A DNA stretch of 62,037 nucleotides from a virus. Positions 32,014 to 40,853 of this stretch are shown piece by piece (position 1 is the stretch's first letter; the number at the start of each line of letters is the position of its first letter). Under the pieces are notes generated by a model. That model ran no database searches. It was not told the origin of the DNA and was given only the letters and a program-made list of their open reading frames with translations. The stretch is from positions 1-62,037 of the IMG/VR virus record IMGVR_UViG_3300027535_000001; one strand, written 5' to 3'. Both the position numbers and the translations under genes were made by a program.

Positions 32014-33033
32014 GTGGCCCCAGCGGCCGGGTCACTTTATAATGAGTTAGCATCTGTAACACGACGCGCGTTTGTTCCGCGTTTGTTTGTGCAGATTTAT
32101 TTTGGAAGCCCGACGCTTTTCTATCTGACGGGCAATGCGCAGCGCGCAGCCGGCGGTCTCAACCAAGTAACTGTTCCGTTGCAAGGCCAGTCGATGGTCC
32201 AAGGTCAATGGACCGGCTACGGCGGCGGCTTCAATTCGCCCGTTATCACGCCGGGAATACAAAACGCTCAATTCAACCTTGCCTATTGGGTGGTGCCGGT
32301 TCCGCTGCCGTTTGGCGAGTCGGTCCTCCAAGCAACCGATCGCGAGATCAGCATTCTCAAGGCCCGCATGAACGATGTGTATGCGGTCACTCGCCAGAAC
32401 ATGGCGCGCGTGTTGTTCACCAATAACTCGGCCAACCCGCAGATGCCGGACTCGTTGCAAGGCGCGTTCGACGACGGCACCAACTTCCCGCAGTACGGCG
32501 GCATCAACCGCAACGCGGCCGGCAACTCGGCTTTCAAGGGCCAGTACGTCAACCTCAACTCGGGCACATTCTCGCAAGGTGCCGCCGGCTTCACGCGTGC
32601 CGGCATGGCGACCGTGCTGGCGAGCGTCACTGACAAAGCGGGTGGCGAGGCGCCGACGTTCGTTGTGATGAACCCCGGCGATTACGCGACCTTGAACAAC
32701 ACGTTCATCGCCAACGAGACACAGTTCGTCAATCCAGGCGGCACCTATTCGATGAATACCGAGGTGCGGTCGAGCTTCCCCAACATGGTAATTTCGGGCA
32801 TCCCGATCTTTGCCGATCACTTCGTCCCGGTCGGTAACGTGTTCGGTGCCAATATTAAGTACACCGCCATGTACATGTCGGAAGATGCGGCGTTCGATTT
32901 CAGCGGCTTCTATTCGCTGGTGCCGCTCGGGCAAATCGGCCAGCAGGGCGTTGTCATCTGCGGGTACGACGTGCTGAGCGCCAAATCTTCCTCGGGCTTC
33001 TGGGGCTACAATCTCCAAGGCGCGGCATTCTAA
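32014..33033 (+). CDS. major capsid protein (candidate)
   Basis: 339 aa. Position after the scaffold candidate. GTG start with a weak RBS (see finding on the overlapping uORF). Confidence 0.6.
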   Translation: MAPAAGSLYNELASVTRRAFVPRLFVQIYFGSPTLFYLTGNAQRAAGGLNQVTVPLQGQSMVQGQWTGYGGGFNSPVITPGIQNAQFNLAYWVVPVPLPFGESVLQATDREISILKARMNDVYAVTRQNMARVLFTNNSANPQMPDSLQGAFDDGTNFPQYGGINRNAAGNSAFKGQYVNLNSGTFSQGAAGFTRAGMATVLASVTDKAGGEAPTFVVMNPGDYATLNNTFIANETQFVNPGGTYSMNTEVRSSFPNMVISGIPIFADHFVPVGNVFGANIKYTAMYMSEDAAFDFSGFYSLVPLGQIGQQGVVICGYDVLSAKSSSGFWGYNLQGAAF

Positions 33034-33045
33034 GGAAACCATCAG

Positions 33046-34215
33046 ATGCCCTCATACTTGTCCGGTCCTGGTCTCGGTCTGGCGCTGCCGCAGAACCTCT
33101 ATCCTTCGGCTTTGCAAAACGCGCCGATCGACAATCCGAGCAACCGCATCGGTTTGGCGCCTGGTGACGAGTTGCCGCTGGCGGCTGGTGACTGGTACAT
33201 CGGTCTCGGCCAATATTTGGTGCTGGAGCATCTCGATCCGGTGCTGGGTATCTGGACGCTGGCGTGCGCGGCTGGTTGGACCAGCGGCTTGCTGCATGTG
33301 ACCAGTGACGGTTTCAATCTGCGCATCGCCAACCGGCTCGGGTGTCCGGTCAGCGCCACCGTGATGGCGTACGGATCGTCTTACGTTCAGACGACCACGA
33401 CCATCACGCAAGTCAGCGGCGCGTCCGTGCAAGGCACGTGGCTCCCGATTGTCGGTGGCCAGCTCAATATCGCCACCACTACGGTTCTGACGGCGAACGC
33501 GGGTGCCGGCTACGGCATGGCGCCGATCGTGTTCATTCCGCCGCCGCCTCCCGCCGCCAACAACGCGAATGGCGTCGGCGGCATCCCGGCGACCGCTTAT
33601 GCGACGATTGCCAGCGGGACGCTCAGCGGTGTGTCGTTTACGAATCCCGGCGCCGGCTATCCGTCGATCCCGCTTGCCGTCATCCTGCCGAACCCGTCCG
33701 ACCCCAATCTGGCGGTTGGCATTACGGCGGCGACCATTACGTTCAGTCTGACCGGCTCGGGCTCGATCACCGGGGCGCTGTGCACCAATCCGGGGGCGCC
33801 GCTTGCCAACGGCTCGCTGGGCAGCATCACGCTCTCGATCGGTGGCGCGGGCTCGTCCGGGTCGCTGACGGCGAATGTGCTGCAAACCATCGTGTCGTCG
33901 ACCCTCTCGGGTGCTGGCACCGGATACACGACTTCGGGTATCCTCACTACGGGTGGCGTGCCGCCGCAGGGCAGCATCTCCAACGGGCCGGATGCGCTTT
34001 ACCTGTCGTTCCGACCGCGCCAGCCCAATATCGGCCTCGCCACGGCGTCGGCCGCGACCGTTGGGGCGATCTACGACGGCGGCTTGTTCCTTGGCGCTCC
34101 GACGATCGGGCAGGTGGCGTTCGTCGCCAGCGGCGTGAATACGGCGACTGTCGGCACCATCGCCAACGTCATGGGCAGCAAGCCCGATATCGCGATCATT
34201 CAGCCGGCGCCATGA
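33046..34215 (+). CDS. Gly/Ser/Thr-rich virion surface/decoration-like protein with GAGY-type repeat modules
   Basis: 389 aa. Repeated modules NAGAGYGMAPIVFIPPP, NPGAGYPSIPLAVILPNP, GAGTGYTTSGILTTGG. AAGGAAA RBS. Confidence 0.6.
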   Translation: MPSYLSGPGLGLALPQNLYPSALQNAPIDNPSNRIGLAPGDELPLAAGDWYIGLGQYLVLEHLDPVLGIWTLACAAGWTSGLLHVTSDGFNLRIANRLGCPVSATVMAYGSSYVQTTTTITQVSGASVQGTWLPIVGGQLNIATTTVLTANAGAGYGMAPIVFIPPPPPAANNANGVGGIPATAYATIASGTLSGVSFTNPGAGYPSIPLAVILPNPSDPNLAVGITAATITFSLTGSGSITGALCTNPGAPLANGSLGSITLSIGGAGSSGSLTANVLQTIVSSTLSGAGTGYTTSGILTTGGVPPQGSISNGPDALYLSFRPRQPNIGLATASAATVGAIYDGGLFLGAPTIGQVAFVASGVNTATVGTIANVMGSKPDIAIIQPAP

Positions 34216-34442
34216 CGTACAGTCTGGCAAACCTCGGGATCAGTTCTGCGCTGACCAATAGCGTGTCCGAGCTTGTGACAGTCGACGATGCGGCGGCGGG
34301 CCAGTTTGGCTCGTCGCAGAATGCGATGCAAACCGGCGCAGCGTTTCTTTGTTTGCAGCCGGATGGAAGCCAGGCGCTTTATCAAATAGATGCGGAGCGC
34401 AGTACGCCGATCGATATCGTCCTCAAGCGCGTGGGGCCATGA
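34212..34442 (+). CDS. hypothetical virion-module protein (76 aa)
   Basis: ATGA overlap. MTYSLANLGISSALTNSVSELVTVDDAAAGQFG... The upstream part of ORF 33342-34442 is spurious. Confidence 0.55.
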   Translation: MTYSLANLGISSALTNSVSELVTVDDAAAGQFGSSQNAMQTGAAFLCLQPDGSQALYQIDAERSTPIDIVLKRVGP

Positions 34443-34461
34443 CTCCCACCGGTAGGGAGAA

Positions 34462-35205
34462 ATGCTCAATCAGTACGTTTCCCAGACCCAGCGGTTGCTG
34501 CAAAACCCCGGCGCACCTACTCCTCTTTACGCCGTTTCTGATGTAACCAACTGGATCAATCTGGCGCGCGGTCAATTGGCCGGTGAATCCGAGTGCATTC
34601 GGTTCATCGGCACGTTGAGCACGACGGTCGGGTTGAACGTCTATAATTTTTCCGCGATCAGCACCGGTTCGGCCAACGGCGTCCAGGCGGTTCTCAAGAT
34701 CAAGCGCATTTTTTACAACGTCGGGCAGGGCCAGAGGCGCGTCAACGGACGCCCGTGGCAATGGTTCGACTACTATCATCTCAACAACCCGGTGCCGGCG
34801 TCAGGTGCTCCCAAGACGTGGGCTCAATATGCCCAAGGCTCGGCGCCGGGTGTGACCGGCAGTGAAGCCGCGTCATTGGGCGGCAGCTTCTATCTCGATC
34901 CGCTGCCGAACATCATCTACACGCTTAATCTCGACTGCGTGTGTTTTCCGATCGCACTCGCGCTGGACAGCGACCCCGAGGCTATTCCTTATCTGTTCAC
35001 CGATTGCGTGCCGTACCTGGCAGCGTGGTACGCGCTGTTGTCCTCGCAAACGAGCGCGCGTGTCGGCGATGCCGAACGCATGTATAATTATTACGAGACA
35101 TTTCTGGATCGCGCCAAGAAGGCCGGCAATCCCAACGAAGCGCAGGACCCCGTGCAGGCAACCAAGCTCGGTATCAAGGCGCAAGCCGGGGGAGCGGCGG
35201 GATAA
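34462..35205 (+). CDS. adaptor/connector-like virion protein, paralog A
   Basis: 247 aa. The N-terminus MLNQYVSQTQRLLQNP and the C-terminal core parallel those of the next gene. Confidence 0.55.
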   Translation: MLNQYVSQTQRLLQNPGAPTPLYAVSDVTNWINLARGQLAGESECIRFIGTLSTTVGLNVYNFSAISTGSANGVQAVLKIKRIFYNVGQGQRRVNGRPWQWFDYYHLNNPVPASGAPKTWAQYAQGSAPGVTGSEAASLGGSFYLDPLPNIIYTLNLDCVCFPIALALDSDPEAIPYLFTDCVPYLAAWYALLSSQTSARVGDAERMYNYYETFLDRAKKAGNPNEAQDPVQATKLGIKAQAGGAAG

Positions 35206-36135
35206 ATGTCGACGCTCAACAAATACATGCAGCAAACGCAGCGCTTCCTTCGGGAAGCGAAGCAAGAGTATTTGAACACGGACGACCTGGTTGATTACGT
35301 CAACCGGGCACGGCGCGAGACGGCGCAGCGGACGCAGTGTGTCAGGCGGCTCACCCCGATAAGCGCCTCGATCGTGAGCTGGAGCGTGACCAATCAAGGC
35401 GCCGGCTACTCGAATGCGCCGACATTGACGATCACACCGCCGGATTTTCCTTCGGGCATGTTGCCCAATCCGGGTGGAGCGCAGGCGACGGCTTTGCCGA
35501 TCGTGCAGGCCGGCAAGATCACGGCAATCAACTCGCAATTTGGCGGCTACGGGTATTTCGCGCCGCTCATGACGATCACGGACAGCACCGGCACGGGTGC
35601 GACTGCCACGGCGGTCCTGTCGAAAATCAACCAGCTCAATCCGAATCAGGAGAAATACTCGTTCTCGGACATCGACGTGAGCATGTTTCCGGGTGTGGAT
35701 TCGGTCTATTCGATTCGATCTGTTAGCGTTATATATTCGAATTACCGCTACTCGCTTCCAATGTATTCGTTTTCTACTTATCAAGCTAAAATTAGAAATT
35801 ACCCTTTCCAATATACTTACGTGCCCGCCTTCTGTACTCAGTTCGGGCAAGGTTCGGATGGATCGTTTTTCATGTATCCAATTCCGTCACAGATTTATCA
35901 AGTAGAGTTCGACTTGTTCTGCATTCCGCAGGACTTGATCGACAATCAAAGCGTGGACGTAATACCGGCCCCGTGGGATGATGTCGTGCCATACTTCGCG
36001 GCGCATCTGGCGCAACTCGAACTCCAGCAGTACAACGCGGCTGCCTACTACCTGAAACTCTACGACGACATGACATTACGTAAGAGTAATTACGCGCGAC
36101 CTGGGCGGGCAACCAATTTGTATGGGCGCTGGTAA
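35206..36135 (+). CDS. adaptor/connector-like virion protein, paralog B, with inserted GAGY modules
   Basis: 309 aa. MSTLNKYMQQTQRFLREA... Insert NQGAGYSNAPTLTITPP / GGYGYFAPLMTITD. C-terminal core colinear with paralog A. Confidence 0.55.
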   Translation: MSTLNKYMQQTQRFLREAKQEYLNTDDLVDYVNRARRETAQRTQCVRRLTPISASIVSWSVTNQGAGYSNAPTLTITPPDFPSGMLPNPGGAQATALPIVQAGKITAINSQFGGYGYFAPLMTITDSTGTGATATAVLSKINQLNPNQEKYSFSDIDVSMFPGVDSVYSIRSVSVIYSNYRYSLPMYSFSTYQAKIRNYPFQYTYVPAFCTQFGQGSDGSFFMYPIPSQIYQVEFDLFCIPQDLIDNQSVDVIPAPWDDVVPYFAAHLAQLELQQYNAAAYYLKLYDDMTLRKSNYARPGRATNLYGRW

Positions 36136-37748
36136 TGCCTATACGCCCGCAAGCGCCGGCTGCCGAGAAGCCGAATCCCTACTCGCCCCCCGGCCCCGGT
36201 GATCCGCTCGTTTTTGAGGAATTTCAAGGAATAAATACGGCCGTTTCCCGCTCGGGCGTGCCCGACCAGCAGATGGCGTGGTGCGACGGTTTCATGCCGC
36301 TCGGTCGCCGGAACTTGCGCACGCTTTACGGGCTCGGCCCCGTGCTGTTCACCCCGACCGGCGGGCGCACCATTGCATTTTTCGGCTTCTACAATATCGG
36401 GGCGACGCCCAGCATGTTGTCCGTGCTCTCGGACGGCTCGGTGTGGACCACCAATACGGCGACATCGGTAAGCGGGTTGATCGCCAACCCCGGCACCGTC
36501 ACCGGCCCGTCGATCACGACGCTCGGTATCACGCAGTGGGGTAATCTCTACGTTATTCTGGTGTCGTCCGCGTCCGCCAACGGCTATTGGATTTGGGATG
36601 GGACGACGTTTTATGTTCCGGGTGGCAGCGCTCCCGGTGGCGGCACCATGCCGACCGCCATCGCGGGCTCGGCGGTCGAGGTTTACGCTGGGCGTGTGTG
36701 GGTGATGAACGGCAGTGTTATCAGCTTTTCCGCGCCGGGTTCGTTCAAGGACTTCTCGACCGCCAACGGCGGCGGTAATTTCTCGTCGAGCGACAGTTTT
36801 CTTCGCGTGGCATTTTCAAATTTGAAGCAGACCAACGGCTTCCTCTATCTGATCGCCGACTCGTCGATCAACTATCTGTCCGGCGTGCAGACTTCCGGCA
36901 GCCCGCCCACGACGACGTTCACCAATCAGAACGCCGATCCCGAGGTTGGGACGCCATGGGCTGCGACTGTGGATGTGTTCGGCCGCAACATCGTGTTCGC
37001 CAATGCGTTCGGCGCCCATATCAGCTATGGCGCGGCGGTGACCAAGATCAGCGAACCGCTCGACGGCGTATATAACACGGTGCCTAATTTCAGCGGTGTC
37101 GTGACGCCTTCTGCCGCCAAGGCGATCATTTTTGGGCACAAGATATGGATTCTCCTGCTGCCGATCATCGATCCTTACACGGGCCAGCAAGTCAACAAGC
37201 TGTTCATGTGGGACGGCAAAAAGTGGTGGTCTACCCAGCAGGAAATCGGCCTGACCTATATCCAGCACCAGGAGATCAACTCGATCATCACGGCGTGGGG
37301 CACCGACACCCACTCGGTATGGCCGTTGTTCCAGACACCATCGCAGGGCTTTACCAAAGTCGTGCAGTCGCGTTTTTGGGATACGCCGGGTGGGTACGAG
37401 TATACCAAAGCGGCGGTGCGCTTGTGGGGGCTGTTCTATCTTTACAATCTGACCAATCGCAACATTTCGATCAATGTCGACAACGAGGTTGGCACTTCGC
37501 CGCAATCGTTTGCGCTTACACCGGCAAGCTTATTGTGGTTCAATAACAGTGGACAACAGATATTGTGGACCGGCGCGGGTGGTGCTCCGTTGACTTGGTT
37601 AGGGGCGCTTGGATCGGTGTCGGTATTGCCACCGGCCGCTGCCGCACAGCAGGGCGTACTGACCGGGCTTACGCTGGTGACGAATGCGCTCGACATGGCG
37701 ATCGTGTCGGTCAAAGTGCAGGATGAGATCGTAGGATATAGAGGCTAA
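36135..37748 (+). CDS. large virion structural protein (tail tube/nozzle candidate)
   Basis: 537 aa. TAATG-coupled. Beta-rich repetitive sequence. Position is between adaptor-like and fibre-like genes. Confidence 0.5.
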   Translation: MPIRPQAPAAEKPNPYSPPGPGDPLVFEEFQGINTAVSRSGVPDQQMAWCDGFMPLGRRNLRTLYGLGPVLFTPTGGRTIAFFGFYNIGATPSMLSVLSDGSVWTTNTATSVSGLIANPGTVTGPSITTLGITQWGNLYVILVSSASANGYWIWDGTTFYVPGGSAPGGGTMPTAIAGSAVEVYAGRVWVMNGSVISFSAPGSFKDFSTANGGGNFSSSDSFLRVAFSNLKQTNGFLYLIADSSINYLSGVQTSGSPPTTTFTNQNADPEVGTPWAATVDVFGRNIVFANAFGAHISYGAAVTKISEPLDGVYNTVPNFSGVVTPSAAKAIIFGHKIWILLLPIIDPYTGQQVNKLFMWDGKKWWSTQQEIGLTYIQHQEINSIITAWGTDTHSVWPLFQTPSQGFTKVVQSRFWDTPGGYEYTKAAVRLWGLFYLYNLTNRNISINVDNEVGTSPQSFALTPASLLWFNNSGQQILWTGAGGAPLTWLGALGSVSVLPPAAAAQQGVLTGLTLVTNALDMAIVSVKVQDEIVGYRG

Positions 37749-38515
37749 TGCCGCTCAGCACCATATTTGCCAACCTGACTTCCGCCGCAGGTGCGCAGCT
37801 CGATCAGGTGCTGGCGCAGCTCGGTGCGATCACACCCATTCCCTGCACGGTCAGTGGCACCAATGTGCTCGTGCTTACGCCAGCCGCCAACACGCCGACG
37901 ATTCCTGCCTACGCCAACTACCTGCAAGTGACCGGCATCACGGCGGTGAGCAACACCGGGGCGGTGACGGTCAATGTGGCTTCCTTGGGTGTCGTCAACG
38001 TCTACAAGGACACTCTCAGCGGCCCTGCCGCGCTGGTTGGCGGCGAGCTGGTGGCGAACTGTGCGTTCGTGCTGTTCTACGATTCGACCCTGAACGGCAA
38101 TACGGGCGGATTCCATCTGACGGCTGGTCCGTTCATTTCGGGTTCTTATCTTCTCTTGTCCGGCGGCACCGTCACCGGCACCGCCAATATCGCGCACGTC
38201 ATTGCGACGACCGACTTGAAGGTGCCGAGCACGGGGATAGCTATAACCCGCATATTGTCGGCAACCGCATCGTTGGCTTTTGGCAACATTGCCCAAAATA
38301 ATGCCGCCACATTTAACATAGCGGTGGCGGGCGCCCAATTAGGGGACGCGGCATTTATCACCATGCCTGCCGGACTCGCAGCCTCCGGCGGGTTTACCAT
38401 AGTGTCCTGTGTGAGTTCAGCTAATACCGTGAATATAACGATTACTGCTACTAATCCCAGCGGCGTGGCGCTGGGTACTCTTGTTTGGCGCGCAACCGTC
38501 ATAGGATTTACCTGA
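37748..38515 (+). CDS. tail/fibre-like structural protein
   Basis: 255 aa. TAATG-coupled. T/S/G/A/V-rich beta-type sequence. Confidence 0.5.
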   Translation: MPLSTIFANLTSAAGAQLDQVLAQLGAITPIPCTVSGTNVLVLTPAANTPTIPAYANYLQVTGITAVSNTGAVTVNVASLGVVNVYKDTLSGPAALVGGELVANCAFVLFYDSTLNGNTGGFHLTAGPFISGSYLLLSGGTVTGTANIAHVIATTDLKVPSTGIAITRILSATASLAFGNIAQNNAATFNIAVAGAQLGDAAFITMPAGLAASGGFTIVSCVSSANTVNITITATNPSGVALGTLVWRATVIGFT

Positions 38516-38853
38516 TGGCAATCGCGGCGCTGTTCAATATCCCCGGTACGCCCGAGGAATGGGCGCAGTGGAGCTTTTGCAATGCCGCTCAGCATCGCGA
38601 CGAGAACCGCGTCATCTTCCAGACGCTCGGAAAGGAGTTGCCCGAATACGTGCTCGACCCGTTCGATCCGCAAAATCCCGGTGTGTGGTTCGACCAGCAC
38701 CAGATCATGCACAAGAATACCGACGCGCTGCTCGGCATCAGCGGGTTCGACTTGACGGATGTCGATTTCAACGACAAGAATCAACTTGCCGGGTGGATTT
38801 ATCTGCACGCCAACGAGCACTTCCAGGCTGGCAACATATTGAGGATCGGATAA
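38515..38853 (+). CDS. hypothetical protein (112 aa)
   Basis: TGATG junction. MAIAALFNIPGTPEEWAQWSFCNAAQHRDENRVIF... Confidence 0.55.
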   Translation: MAIAALFNIPGTPEEWAQWSFCNAAQHRDENRVIFQTLGKELPEYVLDPFDPQNPGVWFDQHQIMHKNTDALLGISGFDLTDVDFNDKNQLAGWIYLHANEHFQAGNILRIG

Positions 38854-39309
38854 ATGGCTACACAGACCGCCGTCAAAGCTGCCCCGCCGCCTCTCGTCCC
38901 CATCCGCCGTTTCGAGGTGGCGGATTTGTCCAAGCACGGCGGGTGGATCATGCGCCGGCTGCAAAAAGCCTATCCGCACCAGAACGACCGCTCGATGGCT
39001 GGGTGGTTGCGCGAGATCATCGGCTCGAACGAGTTCCTGTTTCTCTACCAGGAGCACGCCGTGGCACTGGCGCAGACTTTGCGCACCTCGACGCTCGACG
39101 CCAAGCCGATCATCATGGAGCGCTTCGTGTTCGCTGAGGAAGGCCACGTCGATGCGGCGGCCGAGTTCTATGGCGAGTTCGCTCTTTGGGCAAAACGGCA
39201 GGAAGTCACCACGATCGTCGTCGAGGAGATGTCCGACGTGCCGCACGAGATGATCCGCGAGCGATTAGGACGCTTGTTCACCCGCCAACAGGTGTTTGCG
39301 AGGCTATGA
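38854..39309 (+). CDS. possible GNAT-fold protein (weak)
   Basis: 151 aa. FVFAEEGHVDAAAEFYGEFALWAKRQEVTTIVVEE resembles the GNAT beta4-alpha3 core. Weak call. Confidence 0.35.
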   Translation: MATQTAVKAAPPPLVPIRRFEVADLSKHGGWIMRRLQKAYPHQNDRSMAGWLREIIGSNEFLFLYQEHAVALAQTLRTSTLDAKPIIMERFVFAEEGHVDAAAEFYGEFALWAKRQEVTTIVVEEMSDVPHEMIRERLGRLFTRQQVFARL

Positions 39310-39752
39310 TCGAGTACAAGGAAGAACTTTTGAGGTATTGCATCGACGAAGTGAAAGCTTTGGTGCCGCAACAGTGGGCCGAAATGGCCCAAGGCATGAA
39401 TGAGATAGAAGAAAACACCGATTGGGACGAGTATCTGGCTTCCGAGGGCAAAAAAGAGGCGTTCTTGATCACCGCTCGCCGAGAAAATCTTATCGGTTAC
39501 TTTGGCATGCGGGTGAAACCCTTTGCCAGCTCGCAAAAGCACTTGGCAGCTACCTCATTACCTTATTTTGTGGTGAAATGCCGCGATCGAGGCTTGATTC
39601 TTCGCCGCCTCATCCGTGTGGCGACCGAGACCGCCAAGGCGCGTGGCGCCACCATGGTGGCGATCAAGACCCATCCGTGGGCGTCGGCGGCGCCATTGCT
39701 CGAACGGATGCGGTTCAAACCCTTGGAAACGTGGTACACTTTGAAAATCTAG
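39306..39752 (+). CDS. GNAT-family N-acetyltransferase-like protein
   Basis: ATGA overlap. IGYFGMRV...YFVVKCRDRGLILRRLIRVATETAKARGATMVAIKT resembles the acetyl-CoA-binding motif A region. Confidence 0.5.
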   Translation: MIEYKEELLRYCIDEVKALVPQQWAEMAQGMNEIEENTDWDEYLASEGKKEAFLITARRENLIGYFGMRVKPFASSQKHLAATSLPYFVVKCRDRGLILRRLIRVATETAKARGATMVAIKTHPWASAAPLLERMRFKPLETWYTLKI

Positions 39753-39761
39753 GAGGCACAG

Positions 39762-40853
39762 ATGCCTGACTTGGGTTTGGGCGAAGGTATTGCGGCCTTG
39801 GCGGCTTCTGGCGCCTTGGAAGGCCTTTTGGGAGGTGGTGCGGCTACGGGCGTGGCGGCTGCGGCTCCCGAGGCGGCTGCCATCGGGGCAGCGGACCTTG
39901 GTGGCGCCGCTTTGGCGGGAGCTGGTGCCGCAGAGGCCGGAACCGGAGTTGCCGGCCTGGACGCCGCCGCTGGCGGTTTGGGCGCCCTTGGAACCGGGGC
40001 GGCGCTCGGTCCCGGCGGCCTTACCCCCGCCGCCGCCGGGACCAGCCCGTTCGGTACCGGTTTTGCTACCCAAGCCAGTGCTGAGGGAGCCATTACAGGC
40101 GTGAGCGGTGCCGCCCCGGCAGCTCCCAGCGCCGCCTCGTTTGCGGCGCCAGCCGGCGTAACCGGGGTAACTGACTTGACTTCGGCCGGTCCTGCCGGTG
40201 TGGACGCGGCCGGCGCCATGACGGCGAGCGCCCCCGGCACCGCCCCCGCTACGTCGGGCTTCTCGTTCGACAGCCTGATCAAAGGCGCCACCGACTCGGT
40301 CACCAAGAATCCGCTCGGCCTGGCGATAGCCGGTGGGGCGCTTGGGTATGACATTCTGCAAGGCCAGAAGCAGCCGCAGTCGGTGAAAGACTTGCAAGCG
40401 CTGGCGGGTCCGGCAGCCCAGCAAGGACAGGCTTTCGAGGCGGCTGGCAAGACCCTGACCGATTACACTGCCAGCGGCACGCTTCCGCCCGGCATTCAGG
40501 CGGGGTTGGACCAGCAGGTGGCGGCGGCCAAGCAGAAGATCATCTCGAACTACGCCGCACAGGGCATGAATCCCGACCCGGCGCATAACAGTTCCTTGAA
40601 TCAGGAGTTGACGGCGGTCGATGAGCGCGCGCTGGCGATCAAGGGACAGCTTGAACAACAGTTGTTCCAATCGGGTACCAGCCTTATCGGTCAAGGCATC
40701 AGCGAAACCGGTCTTTCGAGCAATATCTACACGACGCTCGCCAATATCGACCAGACGCAGAGCGCCAACGTCGGCAAGGCGATCGCCGCCATGGCGGCGG
40801 CGCTCAATCCCAGCCGCACCACGGTTCAGATTGGCGGAACCACGACCGCGTGA
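39762..40853 (+). CDS. Ala/Gly-rich low-complexity internal virion/ejection protein (candidate)
   Basis: 363 aa. TAGGAGG RBS. The first ~170 aa are almost only A/G/T/P/L. Position before two large coupled genes. Confidence 0.45.
   Translation: MPDLGLGEGIAALAASGALEGLLGGGAATGVAAAAPEAAAIGAADLGGAALAGAGAAEAGTGVAGLDAAAGGLGALGTGAALGPGGLTPAAAGTSPFGTGFATQASAEGAITGVSGAAPAAPSAASFAAPAGVTGVTDLTSAGPAGVDAAGAMTASAPGTAPATSGFSFDSLIKGATDSVTKNPLGLAIAGGALGYDILQGQKQPQSVKDLQALAGPAAQQGQAFEAAGKTLTDYTASGTLPPGIQAGLDQQVAAAKQKIISNYAAQGMNPDPAHNSSLNQELTAVDERALAIKGQLEQQLFQSGTSLIGQGISETGLSSNIYTTLANIDQTQSANVGKAIAAMAAALNPSRTTVQIGGTTTA

Noticed and set aside
31988-32050. Programmed -1 frameshift from the strong-RBS uORF into the capsid frame.
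   Set aside because: There is no X XXY YYZ slippery heptamer or downstream structure in the overlap. Coupling or re-initiation at GTG 32014 is the simpler reading.
33052-34230. 392-aa minus-strand ORF antisense to the 33046-34215 virion gene. Similar long antisense ORFs lie at 25721-26980, 27633-29027, 32047-33042, 43219-44256, 38146-39246, 39558-40694, 21911-22885 and 22126-23082.
   Set aside because: They have Arg/Gly/Pro/Ala-rich, low-information translations with no RBS or coupling. They lie fully inside well-supported genes on the other strand. This is the expected stop-codon-poor antisense frame of GC-rich coding DNA.
39762-40300. Highly repetitive GC-rich DNA (gcggc/ggcgc units) that could be mistaken for a repeat array or CRISPR.
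   Set aside because: There are no regular repeat-spacer units. It translates continuously as an Ala/Gly-rich low-complexity protein with a good RBS.
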